Shown: piece by piece, positions 37,704 through 48,318 of the stretch
Numbering within the stretch: position 1 is the stretch's first letter
Layout of the letters: the number at the start of each line of letters is the position of its first letter
Assembly: GCA_046757485.1 (NCBI GenBank)
Contig: JBHHYJ010000004.1
Coordinates: forward strand, 5,225 to 69,224
DNA from: Gemmatimonadota bacterium
GTDB taxonomy: Bacteria > Gemmatimonadota > Gemmatimonadetes > Palauibacterales > Palauibacteraceae
Length of the DNA stretch: 64,000 nt
Reading direction: 5' to 3'
Made by a program: the position numbers and the translations under genes
The notes under the pieces: generated by a model
The model's input: only the letters and a program-made list of their open reading frames with translations
Told to the model about the DNA's origin: nothing
Databases searched by the model: none

Positions 37704-40328
37704 ATGATCCCACCCGAGGTTGCGACCGAGAGTGTGGAGGCGGCGGGGAAGGGTGACGCGACCCCGGCTCATCTGCCAGAGCCGGCCCTGACGGAGAACG
37801 CCCGGACGGTCCTTGCCCGCAGGTATCTCAAGAAGAACGCGCTCGGCGAGCCGGTCGAGGACCCGCGGGACATGTTCTGGCGAGTCGCCCGAGTCCTCGC
37901 CGACGTGGACGAGCGCTACGGTGCCTCGTCATCCGAGGTTCAGCGGGTCGGCGAGCGCTTCTACCGGATGATGGCCGAGGGGATCTTCGAGCCGAACAGC
38001 CCCACCCTCATGAACGCGGGTCGTCCGCTGGGTCAGCTCTCCGCCTGCTTCGTTCTCCCGGTAGAGGACAGCCTGGAGGGGATCTACGGCACCCTACGAG
38101 ACATGGCCCTGATCCATCAGTCGGGTGGGGGAACCGGCTTCAGCTTCAGCCGACTGCGTCCGCAGGGAGGGGTCGTAAAGTCGACCATGGGCGTGGCGAG
38201 CGGCCCGGTGAGCTTCATGGAGGTGTACGATGCATCCACCGAGGCCGTGAAGCAGGGGGGCACGCGCCGCGGGGCCAACATGGGCATCCTGCGAGTGGAC
38301 CATCCCGACATCCTCCAGTTCATCGACTGCAAGGCCGACACGAAGAAGATCACGAACTTCAACATCTCCGTCGCGGTCACCGATGCGTTCATGGAGGCCG
38401 TGCGCGAGGGGAGGGGCTACGACCTGGTGAACCCGCGCACCGGAGAGGTCGCGGGACAGCTGGACGCGGGGGAGGTGTTCGCCAAGATCGTGCACGGAGC
38501 GTGGAGGAACGGCGAGCCGGGCGTCTTCTTCATCGACGAGGCGAATCGGTGCAATCCGGTTCCGTACCTCGGCTCCTACGAGGCCACGAACCCCTGCGGG
38601 GAGCAGCCGCTTCTCCCATACGACGTCTGCAACCTCGGCTCCGTGAACGTGGGGTACTACGTGACCGAGTCGGGCCGCATCGACTGGGACGGCCTGCGCG
38701 ACGGCGTTCGCGATGCCACGCATTTCCTCGACAACGTGATCGACGCGAACCGGTATCCCCTGCCGCAGATCGAGGCGCTCGCGGGCCGGATCCGCCGCGT
38801 CGGTCTGGGAATCATGGGTTGGGCCGACATGCTGGTCCGGCTCGGCGAGCCGTACGGCAGCAAGCGCTCCGTCGAGCTGGGCCGCGAGCTGATGCGCTTC
38901 ATAGACGAGGAGGCGAAGGCGGAGTCGGAACGACTCGCCGAGCAGCGGGGAGTCTTTCCGGAGTGGGCTCGCTCCATCTGGGGTCCGGAGGAGACGTGTG
39001 CCCGCGACCGCGAGGGGAACCGGATCCGGCCCGAGCGTCGCCTCCGAAACTGCAATCTGACGACCGTGGCTCCCACCGGCACGATCTCCATCATCGCCGG
39101 CTGCTCCAGCGGGGTGGAGCCGCTGTTCGCGGTCGCTTTCATGCGCAACCAGGCGGGCACGTTGATGCCCGATGTGAATCCAGAGTTCGTGCGCCGTGCG
39201 AAGGAAGGGGGTTGGCACTCCGAGGAGCTGATGCGGAGGATCGCCGACGAGGGCCACATCCACTTCGACGAGGTGCCGGTGGAGGTGCGGCGGATCTTCG
39301 TCACGGCGCACGACGTTACCCCCGAGCAGCACATCCGTATGCAGGCCGCTTTCCAGGAGCACTGTGATTCGGCGATCTCGAAGACGTGCAACTTCCCGGA
39401 ATCGGCCACCGAGGAGGACGTGAGGCAGATCTACGAGCTGGCTCACCGCCTGCGGTGCAAAGGCGTCACGGTGTACCGAGACGGCTCACGCGATGCTCAG
39501 GTGCTGTCTACCGGACGCACGGCCCGCCGGGTCCGGGCTCCGGACCCGGCCGTCGCCCCCGAGAGCGAGCCGGCGCGGAGCGCCGAGTCGCTTCCTCCCT
39601 CCCTGGAGCGGGTGCCCGGCGATGCGGCACTCGGCGAGGAGCTCGCGCGCCTCCTGGGCCGACTCGAGGCTCTGGAGCTCGAGAAGGGAGAGCTGGAGCG
39701 CGAGAACCGCGAGCTGGGTGACATCGTGGAAGAGAAAGACCGCCGGATCGCCGAGCTGGAGGGGGGTCGCATGAAGCAACCCTCCGTCCGACAGCGGCCC
39801 AACGTGCTCCGGGGACACACGCGCAAGATCGACTCGCCTCTGGGGAGCATGTACGTAACGATCAACGAGGACGATCAGGGACGGCCGTTCGAGGCGTTCG
39901 TGGCGCTCGGGAAAGCCGGTGGAGCGGCGATGGCCGACGCCGAGGCGATCGGCCGCCTCATGAGCCTTGCCCTCCGATCCGGGATCTCGTTGCGCGATGT
40001 CTACCGGCAGCTGCGGGGAATCTCCTCGGATCGCGCGGCGGGGATCGGGCCGAACAAGGTTCTCTCCACGCCCGACGCGATCGCCCAGGTGATCGAGCGC
40101 TACCTGAACGAGAAGGAAGGCGTGCAGCAGTCTCTGCCGATGCGGGAGGAGAAGGGCGGCGAGCGGGCGAACGGGGGAGCTCACACGGCCCGGCGACCTG
40201 TTGTACGTCGGTACGAGGAACAGGCGGCTCGACTGTTCATCGGGACGTGCCAGGACTGCGGGAGCAGCCTGAGCTTCGAGGAGGGCTGCATGAAATGTCA
40301 CACGTGCGGCTACAGCGAGTGTGGCTGA
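37704..40328 (+). CDS. nrdJ: Class II (adenosylcobalamin-dependent) ribonucleotide reductase with C-terminal TSCPD/Zn-ribbon domain
   Basis: [41 protein letters not shown] and YRDGSR; C-terminal CQDCG...[13 protein letters not shown]. Confidence 0.95.
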   Translation: MIPPEVATESVEAAGKGDATPAHLPEPALTENARTVLARRYLKKNALGEPVEDPRDMFWRVARVLADVDERYGASSSEVQRVGERFYRMMAEGIFEPNSPTLMNAGRPLGQLSACFVLPVEDSLEGIYGTLRDMALIHQSGGGTGFSFSRLRPQGGVVKSTMGVASGPVSFMEVYDASTEAVKQGGTRRGANMGILRVDHPDILQFIDCKADTKKITNFNISVAVTDAFMEAVREGRGYDLVNPRTGEVAGQLDAGEVFAKIVHGAWRNGEPGVFFIDEANRCNPVPYLGSYEATNPCGEQPLLPYDVCNLGSVNVGYYVTESGRIDWDGLRDGVRDATHFLDNVIDANRYPLPQIEALAGRIRRVGLGIMGWADMLVRLGEPYGSKRSVELGRELMRFIDEEAKAESERLAEQRGVFPEWARSIWGPEETCARDREGNRIRPERRLRNCNLTTVAPTGTISIIAGCSSGVEPLFAVAFMRNQAGTLMPDVNPEFVRRAKEGGWHSEELMRRIADEGHIHFDEVPVEVRRIFVTAHDVTPEQHIRMQAAFQEHCDSAISKTCNFPESATEEDVRQIYELAHRLRCKGVTVYRDGSRDAQVLSTGRTARRVRAPDPAVAPESEPARSAESLPPSLERVPGDAALGEELARLLGRLEALELEKGELERENRELGDIVEEKDRRIAELEGGRMKQPSVRQRPNVLRGHTRKIDSPLGSMYVTINEDDQGRPFEAFVALGKAGGAAMADAEAIGRLMSLALRSGISLRDVYRQLRGISSDRAAGIGPNKVLSTPDAIAQVIERYLNEKEGVQQSLPMREEKGGERANGGAHTARRPVVRRYEEQAARLFIGTCQDCGSSLSFEEGCMKCHTCGYSECG

Positions 40329-40400
40329 GCGACAGAAGGAGAGAAGAGAGGTGGCCGTCGGCGCGAGGGACGGCCAGCTGAGACCTTCCGTGGCTCCGGG

Positions 40401-42023
40401 GTGAAGAACCGGAGCGAGGCGGGGAGTGGGGGCAAAGGGCCTCGCCGCTGCGGGGCCCTTCTCTTTGGCTGTCCTCTCCTCGCCTTCTCCGTGCTCGTCG
40501 CGACTCCTCCAGCGGTGGCCCAGGATGCGGACTACGGACGGCTGCGCCGTTACGTCCGGAACCACGAGAAGGCGATCGTCGAACGGCTGATGGCCTTCCT
40601 CTCGATCCCGAACGTGGCCGTCGACCTTCCGAACATGCGTCGAAACGCCGAGCAGGTGGAGCGGATGCTCCGCCTCCGCGGCGCGGAGACGCGCCTCCTT
40701 CAGACGGGAGGTCCGCCCCTCGTGTACGGAGAGATCCGTTCGCCCGCGTCCACGGTCACGGTTCTCTTCTACGCTCACTACGACGGACAGCCCGCCGATC
40801 CCTCGCGTTGGGTGGGACACGAACCGTGGGAGCCGATTCTGAGAGCCGGACCGTTGGAGAGCCACCCGGAGCCGATCCCGATCCCGCCGACCGGCGAGGC
40901 CATCGACCGCAACTGGAGGGTGTACGCGCGCTCCGCATCAGACGACAAGGCGCCGATCGTCGCCTTGATGACCGCCCTGGACGGTCTGCGCGACCAGGAG
41001 CTCCGGCCCACCGCCAACCTCAAGTTTCTTTTCGACGGCGAGGAGGAAGCGGGTTCTCCTCACCTGGCCGCTGCCATGCGCACGCACCGTTCGCTCCTCG
41101 CGGCCGACGTCGCGATCTTCGCCGACGGCCCCGTGCATCCGAGCAACGCGCCCACTCTAGCCCTGGGAGTGCGGGGGATCGTGACGGTGGAGCTCACCGT
41201 GTACGGTCCCCGGAGACCCCTGCACAGCGGGCACTACGGCAACTGGGCGCCGAACCCGGCCGAGCGGCTCGCGGAGCTGCTGGCCTCCATGCAGGACGAC
41301 TCCGGCCGAGTGACGATCGAGGGGTGGTACGATGACGTGCGCCCTCTTTCCGCGGCCGACCGGGCGGCTCTCGCCCATCTGCCGGACGATCCGGCCGAGC
41401 TCGACGCGTTGGGCGTCCCGGAGCCCGAGGGCGATGGGCGAAGCCGGTGGGAGATGGTGACCCTTCCCTCCTTCAACGTTAGGGGACTCCGAAGCGGCTG
41501 GGTGGGAGGGGAAGCGCGGACGATCGTTCCCGACCGAGCCGTGGCCAGTCTGGACTTCCGCCTCGTCCGGGACGTGAGGCCCGAGGCCCAGGTGGCCCGC
41601 TTCCTCCGACACCTGCGGAGGCGGGGGTACCACGTGATCGAGGAGGAGCCGGACGAAGCCGCTCGACGGGCCCATCCGCGGCTCGCACGGGTCACGGTGA
41701 GCGACGGGTACCCGGCGGCCCGAACGCCGGCGGACGATCCGCTCGCCCGGGCGCTGCTCGCGGAGCTGCGCCGGGCCACGGGCCGTGAGACGGTGGTCGT
41801 CCCGACCCTGGGGGGCAGCGTGCCCGCCTACCTCTTTCCGGAGCTGCTGGGCGCCACCTTCCTCGGTCTTCCGATCGTGAACCCGGACAACAACCAGCAC
41901 AGCCCGAACGAGAATCTGCGACTGGGCAACCTGTTCGACGGCATCGTCAGCCTGGCGGGAGCGATGCGGGCGGGCTGGGAAGAGGTGGTCGGCTCCGGGC
42001 AGGGCGTCCGAGTCGGGCCGTGA
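40401..42023 (+). CDS. Secreted M20/M25/M40 family metallo-hydrolase
   Basis: Signal peptide; YAHYDGQP, RSASDDK, GEEEAGS, HSGHYGN and NNQHSPNEN. Confidence 0.92.
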   Translation: MKNRSEAGSGGKGPRRCGALLFGCPLLAFSVLVATPPAVAQDADYGRLRRYVRNHEKAIVERLMAFLSIPNVAVDLPNMRRNAEQVERMLRLRGAETRLLQTGGPPLVYGEIRSPASTVTVLFYAHYDGQPADPSRWVGHEPWEPILRAGPLESHPEPIPIPPTGEAIDRNWRVYARSASDDKAPIVALMTALDGLRDQELRPTANLKFLFDGEEEAGSPHLAAAMRTHRSLLAADVAIFADGPVHPSNAPTLALGVRGIVTVELTVYGPRRPLHSGHYGNWAPNPAERLAELLASMQDDSGRVTIEGWYDDVRPLSAADRAALAHLPDDPAELDALGVPEPEGDGRSRWEMVTLPSFNVRGLRSGWVGGEARTIVPDRAVASLDFRLVRDVRPEAQVARFLRHLRRRGYHVIEEEPDEAARRAHPRLARVTVSDGYPAARTPADDPLARALLAELRRATGRETVVVPTLGGSVPAYLFPELLGATFLGLPIVNPDNNQHSPNENLRLGNLFDGIVSLAGAMRAGWEEVVGSGQGVRVGP

Positions 42024-42081
42024 GGCCGGCCCGGCCGGGTCAGCGCTTGCCTTGCCGGTGCGGCCGGCGTTACGTTGTAGA

Positions 42082-42129
42082 CCACAAGATATAGGGGGTG
42101 TGGGCGCCGTCCCCCCCAACATCTTGTGG
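42082..42129. promoter_or_regulatory. Second tandem NrdR-box pair, not adjacent to an RNR start
   Basis: CCACAAGATATAGGGG (42082-97) and CCCCAACATCTTGTGG (42114-129), 32 bp apart as at nrdJ. Confidence 0.75.
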
Positions 42130-42354
42130 AGAAGGTGTGGAAATGCCCCGCGGCACCGTGGATTCGTGGGGGAAAACTGCGACTCCACGGGGGGAAAGAT
42201 CGGGAGGAGCGCCGGGACCGGCGCGGCGAGCGAGTTGAGGATCGGTTGACGCCACTCGCCATCCTGTTGGGGGAGGTGTAGGGTGACCGCCGGGGAGAGG
42301 AAAGCCAGCAGGACCGGCCCTCAAGTGCCGGCTGCCTCGGTGGGGAGTCTCGCT

Positions 42355-42549
42355 ATGCGTCGCAGCGAGTTCGCGAGCTTGACCGTTCGCTCGAGCGGGC
42401 CGGAGCACCCTGAGATCACCTCGCGTTGGGTCAGGCTCGTGCTCCTGGAGGCCCGCCTCTCCTTCGAGCACGAGATGGAGCGCGAGCGCAAGCTTCTGGA
42501 TCGGGAGTTGGAACGCTTCTGGGGAACCCGAAGAGCCCAGCACGCCTGA
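42355..42549 (+). CDS. Small hypothetical protein (64 aa, charged helical)
   Basis: GGGGAG RBS 7 nt before ATG, GC3-rich codons, followed by an intrinsic terminator. Confidence 0.6.
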   Translation: MRRSEFASLTVRSSGPEHPEITSRWVRLVLLEARLSFEHEMERERKLLDRELERFWGTRRAQHA

Positions 42550-42624
42550 TGCGCCGAAGCGAAGCGGCATAGCAGAGGAAACGAGATCTGGGCAGGCGCA
42601 CCGGACTCGGGCGTGTCGGGCACG

Positions 42625-42655
42625 AGCCCCGGCCCACGGGCCGGGGCTGCTTTTT
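42625..42655 (+). terminator. Rho-independent terminator
   Basis: AGCCCCGGCC-CACG-GGCCGGGGCT stem-loop followed by GCTTTTT; lies between convergent genes. Confidence 0.8.
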
Positions 42656-42701
42656 GGGGTCGAACAATGGGTAGGGGAAGCGACCCGTGGCGGGCCGCCC
42701 G

Positions 42702-42905
42702 TCAGCTTCGGCTGGCCCTCCTCTTCCTCCTCCTCCTCCGTCGCCGCCTTTCGGCCGCCTTCGCCTTCCGGCGCCGGGCCTCGCTCGGTTTCTCGTAGAA
42801 TCGGTGCTTCTTGATGTCCCGGAAGATTCCGGCGCGCTGGACCTTTCGCCGGAACTTGCGCAGAGCCCTCTCGAGTTCCTCTCCCTCGTGCAGAATGTAC
42901 TCCAA
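42702..42905 (-). CDS. rpsU: 30S ribosomal protein S21
   Basis: LERALRKFRRKVQRAGIFRDIKKHRFYEKPS; TTG start at 42905 after AGGAGG. Confidence 0.92.
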   Translation of the reverse strand: MEYILHEGEELERALRKFRRKVQRAGIFRDIKKHRFYEKPSEARRRKAKAAERRRRRRRRKRRASRS

Positions 42906-43049
42906 AAGCCTTTCCTCCTGTCTCGGCGAGCTCCTTGTACGCTCCGCCTGGATCCGTCCCCCCGCTCGGCGCCAATCTACGGCCTGGCCGGACGCGCCGT
43001 CAAAGAGCGGCCGCCCCCCCACGGCCCGGCGGGCCTGGGCCTAACCGCC

Positions 43050-43337
43050 TCAACGAAAGAAGCGCGGCGCCAGTTTCTCTTCCAGCTGCTCCGCCAGGGT
43101 AGGCAGGCCGCCCGGCTCCGGCGGGGTCGAGTCCGCATGCAAGACGTACGCCGCTCTGGGGCCGCGCTCGTCCGTGCGGGTCTGGAACTGCACGCGCTCG
43201 CCCGCTCGAAGCGTGCGGAATCCATCGCCTTGAATGTCGGTGTGGTGGACGAAGATCTCCGTGCCGTCGGAGCGCCGGATGAAACCGTACCCCCGCTTGT
43301 TGGAGAACCACTTCACCGTGCCGGTCTCGCTTCGCAT
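43050..43337 (-). CDS. Cold-shock domain protein
   Basis: GTVKWFSNKRGYGFI (RNP1), IFVHHTDI (RNP2) and GFRTL; short C-terminal extension; GGAGG RBS. Confidence 0.93.
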   Translation of the reverse strand: MRSETGTVKWFSNKRGYGFIRRSDGTEIFVHHTDIQGDGFRTLRAGERVQFQTRTDERGPRAAYVLHADSTPPEPGGLPTLAEQLEEKLAPRFFR

Positions 43338-43500
43338 ACCTCCCTCCCCGGGGAACGCCGTCAGCGCAGCCTCCCGGATCTGGACCGCTTTTGCCGTCCG
43401 GTTGCGGAAGGGCGAGCAAGAAGTGTACGGGAGAGGCGGGCGGCGCGGAACCGCCTCGCCACGGCGCCCCGGATCTGTCTCCACGCCGCTCGGAACGTGA

Positions 43501-43530
43501 CCCGCGGTGGTTCTTGAACAGGGTTCCCAG
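43501..43530 (+). repeat. Dispersed 29-bp repeat family, copy D (degenerate)
   Basis: CCCGCGGTGGTTCTTGAACAGGGTTCCCAG. Confidence 0.55.
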
Positions 43531-43541
43531 ATGGACGGGAT

Positions 43542-43571
43542 TTGCGCTGAAAACGCTGAAGTTTCTATATT
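43542..43571 (+). promoter_or_regulatory. Putative sigma70 promoter for the ORF at 43655
   Basis: TTGCGC-18 bp-TATATT in a locally AT-rich patch. Confidence 0.4.
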
Positions 43572-43654
43572 CTCTCGCGCTATAGGACTCTCCGCTGGTT
43601 GCGGGGACTTTGCCCGGCCCCGCCTGAGCCCCCCAGGAGAAGGAGAGTGTGGAG

Positions 43655-43993
43655 ATGGCGAACGGCATCGCCATTGGTGGCGACGGTGTCTTCGAGGTGA
43701 ATGGGCACCCGTACCGCATACCCACCGAGTTCTCGCCTCGGGAGATCTACAGCTATCGACGGCTCATGGAGCCGATTCCGGATGTCCCGGGCGGCACGAG
43801 TCTGAGCGTGGAACAGCGCGCGGTCCAGAGGGCCTACTTTCTTCGCCGGGCGGCCGCGTGCGTCATCCCGGGTCTCCAGGTGCAGTCCCTGGAATCGCTC
43901 CCGCTCCGGCAGCTCCAGGGAATCCACCAGTGGATCGCCGAGCACCGTCCCGATCTCATGGCGACGGTCGGCTCACTGGCGGGCGGGAGGTAG
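43655..43993 (+). CDS. Hypothetical protein (about 112 aa)
   Basis: Strong AGGAGA RBS, GC3-rich codons, no recognised motif. Confidence 0.7.
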   Translation: MANGIAIGGDGVFEVNGHPYRIPTEFSPREIYSYRRLMEPIPDVPGGTSLSVEQRAVQRAYFLRRAAACVIPGLQVQSLESLPLRQLQGIHQWIAEHRPDLMATVGSLAGGR

Positions 43994-44144
43994 CGGGGAG
44001 CCGTCCTGCCCACCCGATGACAGCTCATCCCCTCGCTCTCGTCGTTCGCCCAGGGCGATGTGCAGCCTGCGAATCCGCTCCCGCGGAGACCGCGGGGTGG
44101 AGAGCGGGCTCCTCTTTCCGCTTCACCGCCCCGGGGACCCGGCC

Positions 44145-45587
44145 GTGAGTCTCCGCTTCCGCCGCGCCAAGATCGTATCGACCATCGGCCCTGCCAGCTT
44201 GAGCCCGGAGGTCTTTCGGGCCGTGGTGGCGGCCGGCACGGATGCGGTGCGGATCAACTTTTCCCATGCGTCCCACGCCCAGGCGACGGAGATCTTCTCC
44301 CTGGCCCGCGGCGAGGTGCAACGCACCGGGCGCCCCCTCGCGGTCATCGCGGACCTTCAAGGCCCCCGCATCCGCGTGGGCGATCTTCCGTCTCCCCTCA
44401 CCATCCGCTCCGGAGAGACGTACTGTCTGATCCCCGAGACGGACAGGTCGGCGTCGCAGCTCCCGGCGGAGCGGGTGATTCCGACGACCTACTCCGGCTT
44501 GGCCGCTGACCTGTCGCCCGGCGACCGGGTGCTGCTCGACGACGGTCGCCTGGAGCTGTCCGTCGAGGAGATCCGTGCCCAGCAGGTGATCGTGGTGGCC
44601 GAGAGTGACGGACAGCTCACCTCCCAGAAGGGGATCAACCTGCCGGGAGTGGACGTGCAGGCCCCCGGGCTGACGGAGAAGGACCGTGAGGACCTGCGCT
44701 TCGCGCAGGGCCACGACGTGGAGTATGTGGCCCTCAGCTTCGTGCGGCGGGCCGAAGACGTCCGAGAGGCCCGTGAGATCCTGACGGGGGATACCCTGCT
44801 CATCTCGAAGGTGGAAAAGGATCAGGCGCTGGATCGCCTGTCAGAGATCCTGGAGCCGAGCCATGCGGTCATGGTGGCACGCGGGGATCTCGGGGTGGAG
44901 CTCCCGTTCGAGGACGTTCCGCTGGCCCAGAAGCGGATCATCCACCAGGCGGTGGAGCGTGCCCGGCCGGTCATCACGGCGACCCAGATGCTCGATTCGA
45001 TGACCTCCCACGCCCGGCCCACGCGGGCCGAGGTCTCGGATGTGGCCAACGCGCTGCTCGACGGCACCGACGCGGTCATGCTGTCCGGAGAAACGGCCGC
45101 GGGGGAGTTTCCGGTCGAGGCGGTCGAGGCGATGGATCGCATCATCCGCCGCATCGAGGCCGAAGGACGTGGCCTGCTCGCGCGCGTCGCGCGTCCCTCG
45201 GCACGCAGGCGGGCGGAGATCCAGCAGACGACCTCGGGGGCGGTGGCCGCGGCCTCGGTCCAGGCGGTGGAACGCCTCAACGCGCCGTTCATCTGCACCT
45301 TCACGCGCAGCGGCTTCACGGCGCGCGTGGTCTCGGCCCAGCGACCGCCCGTGCCGATCCTCGCCTTGAGCGACCAACCCGGCACCTTCAACCAGCTCGC
45401 TCTCGTGTGGGGCGTGCAGCCCGTTCTGTTTCGGGGCGAGGTGGGGTACGAGAGCATGCTGGAGTACGCGAGGAAGGAGGCGCTGGAACGGGGCTTCGGG
45501 GAGGCGGGGGAGCACTTTATCGTCACGGCCGGGGTACCGTTTCATCAGCCCGGCACGACGAACATGATGCGCATCGAGGAGCTGTAG
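44145..45587 (+). CDS. pyk: Pyruvate kinase
   Basis: KIVSTIGPAS, RINFSH, DLQGP, MVARGDLGVE, ATQMLDSM and DAVMLSGETA. Confidence 0.96.
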   Translation: MSLRFRRAKIVSTIGPASLSPEVFRAVVAAGTDAVRINFSHASHAQATEIFSLARGEVQRTGRPLAVIADLQGPRIRVGDLPSPLTIRSGETYCLIPETDRSASQLPAERVIPTTYSGLAADLSPGDRVLLDDGRLELSVEEIRAQQVIVVAESDGQLTSQKGINLPGVDVQAPGLTEKDREDLRFAQGHDVEYVALSFVRRAEDVREAREILTGDTLLISKVEKDQALDRLSEILEPSHAVMVARGDLGVELPFEDVPLAQKRIIHQAVERARPVITATQMLDSMTSHARPTRAEVSDVANALLDGTDAVMLSGETAAGEFPVEAVEAMDRIIRRIEAEGRGLLARVARPSARRRAEIQQTTSGAVAAASVQAVERLNAPFICTFTRSGFTARVVSAQRPPVPILALSDQPGTFNQLALVWGVQPVLFRGEVGYESMLEYARKEALERGFGEAGEHFIVTAGVPFHQPGTTNMMRIEEL

Positions 45588-45650
45588 CGTGGTGGAGATC
45601 CCCCGTCAACCGAGTCCGCTCGGGCCCCGAGCGTCGCGGGCCACGCCGCG

Positions 45651-46427
45651 TTGAAGCTTCGCTTTCTGGGGACCGGGACCTCCTTCGGAATCCCGGTGGT
45701 GGGCTGCGACTGCTCGGTATGCACCTCGGCCGATCCGCGCAACAGGCGCACGCGCCATGGTCTGCTGATCCAGCGTCGCGGCCGGACTCTGCTGGTGGAC
45801 GCGCCGCCGGAGCTGCGTCTGCAGCTCGTCCGGGCCGGGGTCCGGCACCTGGACACGGTCTTTCTCACCCACCCTCATGCCGACCACGTGCACGGGCTCG
45901 ATGACCTGAGAATCTTCAGCCTCCGCTCCCGGCGACCCGTACCGCTCTTCGTCGCCCGGGAGTTCGCGGCGGAGATGCGGGAGCGCTTCTCCTACATCTG
46001 GGGGCCCGACGCGGCTCCGGCAGACGGCACGGTGATCCCCGAGCTGGAGCTGACGCCGTTTCGGGACCGGGAGTCGCTGGACGCCAACGGCTTTCCGTTG
46101 CGGCCGGTGGCCTGCCCTCACGGCCCGTCACGGAGCTACGGGTTCCGGTTGGACGACCTGGCCGTCCTGGTGGACGCCAAATCGGTTCCGGAGGACGCGA
46201 TCGACCTGCTCGGCGGGGTCCGCGTCCTCGTGATCAACGCGCTGTGGGTGGGCAACGCACACCCCTCGCACTTCAACGTCGAGGAGGCCCTGGAGATGGC
46301 CCGGCGGCTGGGGGCGGGGCGCACGTACCTCACCCACCTCTCCCATCGAGTGGAGCACGAGGAGCTGGCAGCCCGCCTTCCCGAGGGGGTGGTGCCGGCT
46401 CACGACGGATTGGAGGTGGAGGTGTGA
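45651..46427 (+). CDS. MBL-fold metallo-hydrolase (PhnP-like)
   Basis: [29 protein letters not shown] and THLSH. Confidence 0.9.
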   Translation: MKLRFLGTGTSFGIPVVGCDCSVCTSADPRNRRTRHGLLIQRRGRTLLVDAPPELRLQLVRAGVRHLDTVFLTHPHADHVHGLDDLRIFSLRSRRPVPLFVAREFAAEMRERFSYIWGPDAAPADGTVIPELELTPFRDRESLDANGFPLRPVACPHGPSRSYGFRLDDLAVLVDAKSVPEDAIDLLGGVRVLVINALWVGNAHPSHFNVEEALEMARRLGAGRTYLTHLSHRVEHEELAARLPEGVVPAHDGLEVEV

Positions 46428-46518
46428 GGCCCCGCCGCCGCGCGGACTCGGGCCCCGGGGCCGCCCGGCGTGGCCCGTGGTGCAGGCCCTGCCGGCGTTC
46501 CGGGAAGCGAGGGCTACG

Positions 46519-48318
46519 GTGAAGATCGGCCGCATCCGCAACTTCTCCATCATCGCCCACATCGACCACGGGAAGTCCACCCTGGCGGATCGACTCCTGG
46601 AGCGGACCGGCGCCGTCGAGAAACGGCGCATGAAGGAGCAGGTGCTGGACTCCATGGAGCTGGAGCGGGAGCGAGGCATCACGATCAAGCTGAACGCGGT
46701 CCGGATGCCGTACACGGCGACGGACGGGACGGAGTACCAGTTCAACCTGATCGACACGCCGGGCCACGTGGACTTCACGTACGAGGTCAGCCGCAGCCTG
46801 GCCGCCTGCGAGGGAGCCCTCCTCGTCGTGGACGCGAGCCAGGGGGTGGAGGCACAGACGCTGGCCAACCTCTTCCTGGCCGTCGAGGCGGGTCTCGAGG
46901 TGATCCCCGTCGTGAACAAGATCGATCTCGCCTCTGCCGACCCGGACCGGACGCGGGCGGAGATCTGCGAGCTTCTGGGCTGCGCTCCGGAGGAGGTCGT
47001 CATGGCCTCGGCGAAGGAGGGCACGGGCGTGGAAGGCATCCTCGAGGCGATCGTGCGGCGCATACCTCCGCCGGAAGGGGAGGCCGAGGCTCCGCTCCGC
47101 GCCCTCATCTTCGACTCCCAGTACGACAGGTACCGGGGGGCCGTACCGTTCGTTCGGGTCGTGGACGGGGCCGTCCGGCGGGGGAGCCGGATCGCCTTCG
47201 GCTCCTCCGACGCCGTGTACGAGGTGGACGAGGTGGGATTCCTGAGCCTCGGCTTCCACGCGACCGATCGGTTGGGCACGGGGGAGGTCGGCTACCTCAC
47301 CGCCCAGATCAAGCGCGTGGCGGACACGGCCGTGGGCGACACGATCCTGGATGCGGACGACCGGGCGGTGGTGCTCCTTCCCGGCTACCAGGAGGTGAAG
47401 CCGATGGTCTTCGCCGGCCTGTATCCGACGGATTCCGACCAGTTCGAGGAGCTCCGGGACGCGCTGGAGAAGCTGCGGCTGAACGATGCGAGCCTGCACT
47501 ATGAGCCGGAGACCTCCGTCGCCCTCGGGTTCGGCTTCCGGTGCGGTTTCCTGGGTCTCCTGCACATGGAGATCGTCCAGGAGCGACTGGAGCGCGAGTT
47601 CGATCTGGAGCTCATCACCACGATCCCGAACGTGGAGTACACCGTGCATCTGCGAGGAGGGGAGGTCGTAGCGGTGGAGAACCCCAGCAGGATGCCGGAG
47701 CGCGGGGAGATCGAGACGGTGGAGGAGCCGTACGTCCGCATCCGGATCGTGACCCCGGAGGCGTACATCGGCGGAATCCAGGCCCTGTGCCACGAGCGAC
47801 GGGCGGAGTACGTGAATCTGCACTACCTGGATCCGCAGCGGGTGGAGCTGGTGTACGAGGTCCCGCTGGCCGAGATCGTGCTCGACTTCTACGACAAGCT
47901 GAAGTCCGTCTCCCGGGGCTACGCGGCGATGGATTACGAGCTGGCGGGAACCCGAGCCTCGGAGCTCGTGAAGCTCGACATTCTCTTGAACGGGGATCCC
48001 GTCGACGCCCTGAGCATCGTCGTTCACCGGGAGCGGGCGTACGAGTACGGCCGCAAGATGGCTCGCAAGCTGAAGGAGCTGATCCCTCGCCAGCTCTTCG
48101 AGGTCGTCATCCAGGCGGCGATCGGGAAGGACGTCATCGCCAGGACGCGGGTCGCGCCGCTGCGAAAAAACGTCACGGCCAAGTGCTACGGCGGCGACAT
48201 CACCCGGAAGCGGAAGCTCCTGGAGAAGCAGAAGGAGGGGAAGAGGCGGATGAAGCGGGTGGGGACGGTGGAGCTGCCGCAGGAGGCGTTCCTCGCCGTC
48301 CTTCAGGTGGGTGGATGA
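46519..48318 (+). CDS. lepA: Elongation factor 4
   Basis: [39 protein letters not shown] and [14 protein letters not shown]. Confidence 0.98.
   Translation: MKIGRIRNFSIIAHIDHGKSTLADRLLERTGAVEKRRMKEQVLDSMELERERGITIKLNAVRMPYTATDGTEYQFNLIDTPGHVDFTYEVSRSLAACEGALLVVDASQGVEAQTLANLFLAVEAGLEVIPVVNKIDLASADPDRTRAEICELLGCAPEEVVMASAKEGTGVEGILEAIVRRIPPPEGEAEAPLRALIFDSQYDRYRGAVPFVRVVDGAVRRGSRIAFGSSDAVYEVDEVGFLSLGFHATDRLGTGEVGYLTAQIKRVADTAVGDTILDADDRAVVLLPGYQEVKPMVFAGLYPTDSDQFEELRDALEKLRLNDASLHYEPETSVALGFGFRCGFLGLLHMEIVQERLEREFDLELITTIPNVEYTVHLRGGEVVAVENPSRMPERGEIETVEEPYVRIRIVTPEAYIGGIQALCHERRAEYVNLHYLDPQRVELVYEVPLAEIVLDFYDKLKSVSRGYAAMDYELAGTRASELVKLDILLNGDPVDALSIVVHRERAYEYGRKMARKLKELIPRQLFEVVIQAAIGKDVIARTRVAPLRKNVTAKCYGGDITRKRKLLEKQKEGKRRMKRVGTVELPQEAFLAVLQVGG

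Noticed and set aside
42060-42200. Possible oriC because of DnaA-box-like sites
   Set aside because: No AT-rich unwinding element, no dnaA/dnaN/gidA/parAB neighbours and only degenerate boxes; kept as a regulatory finding only
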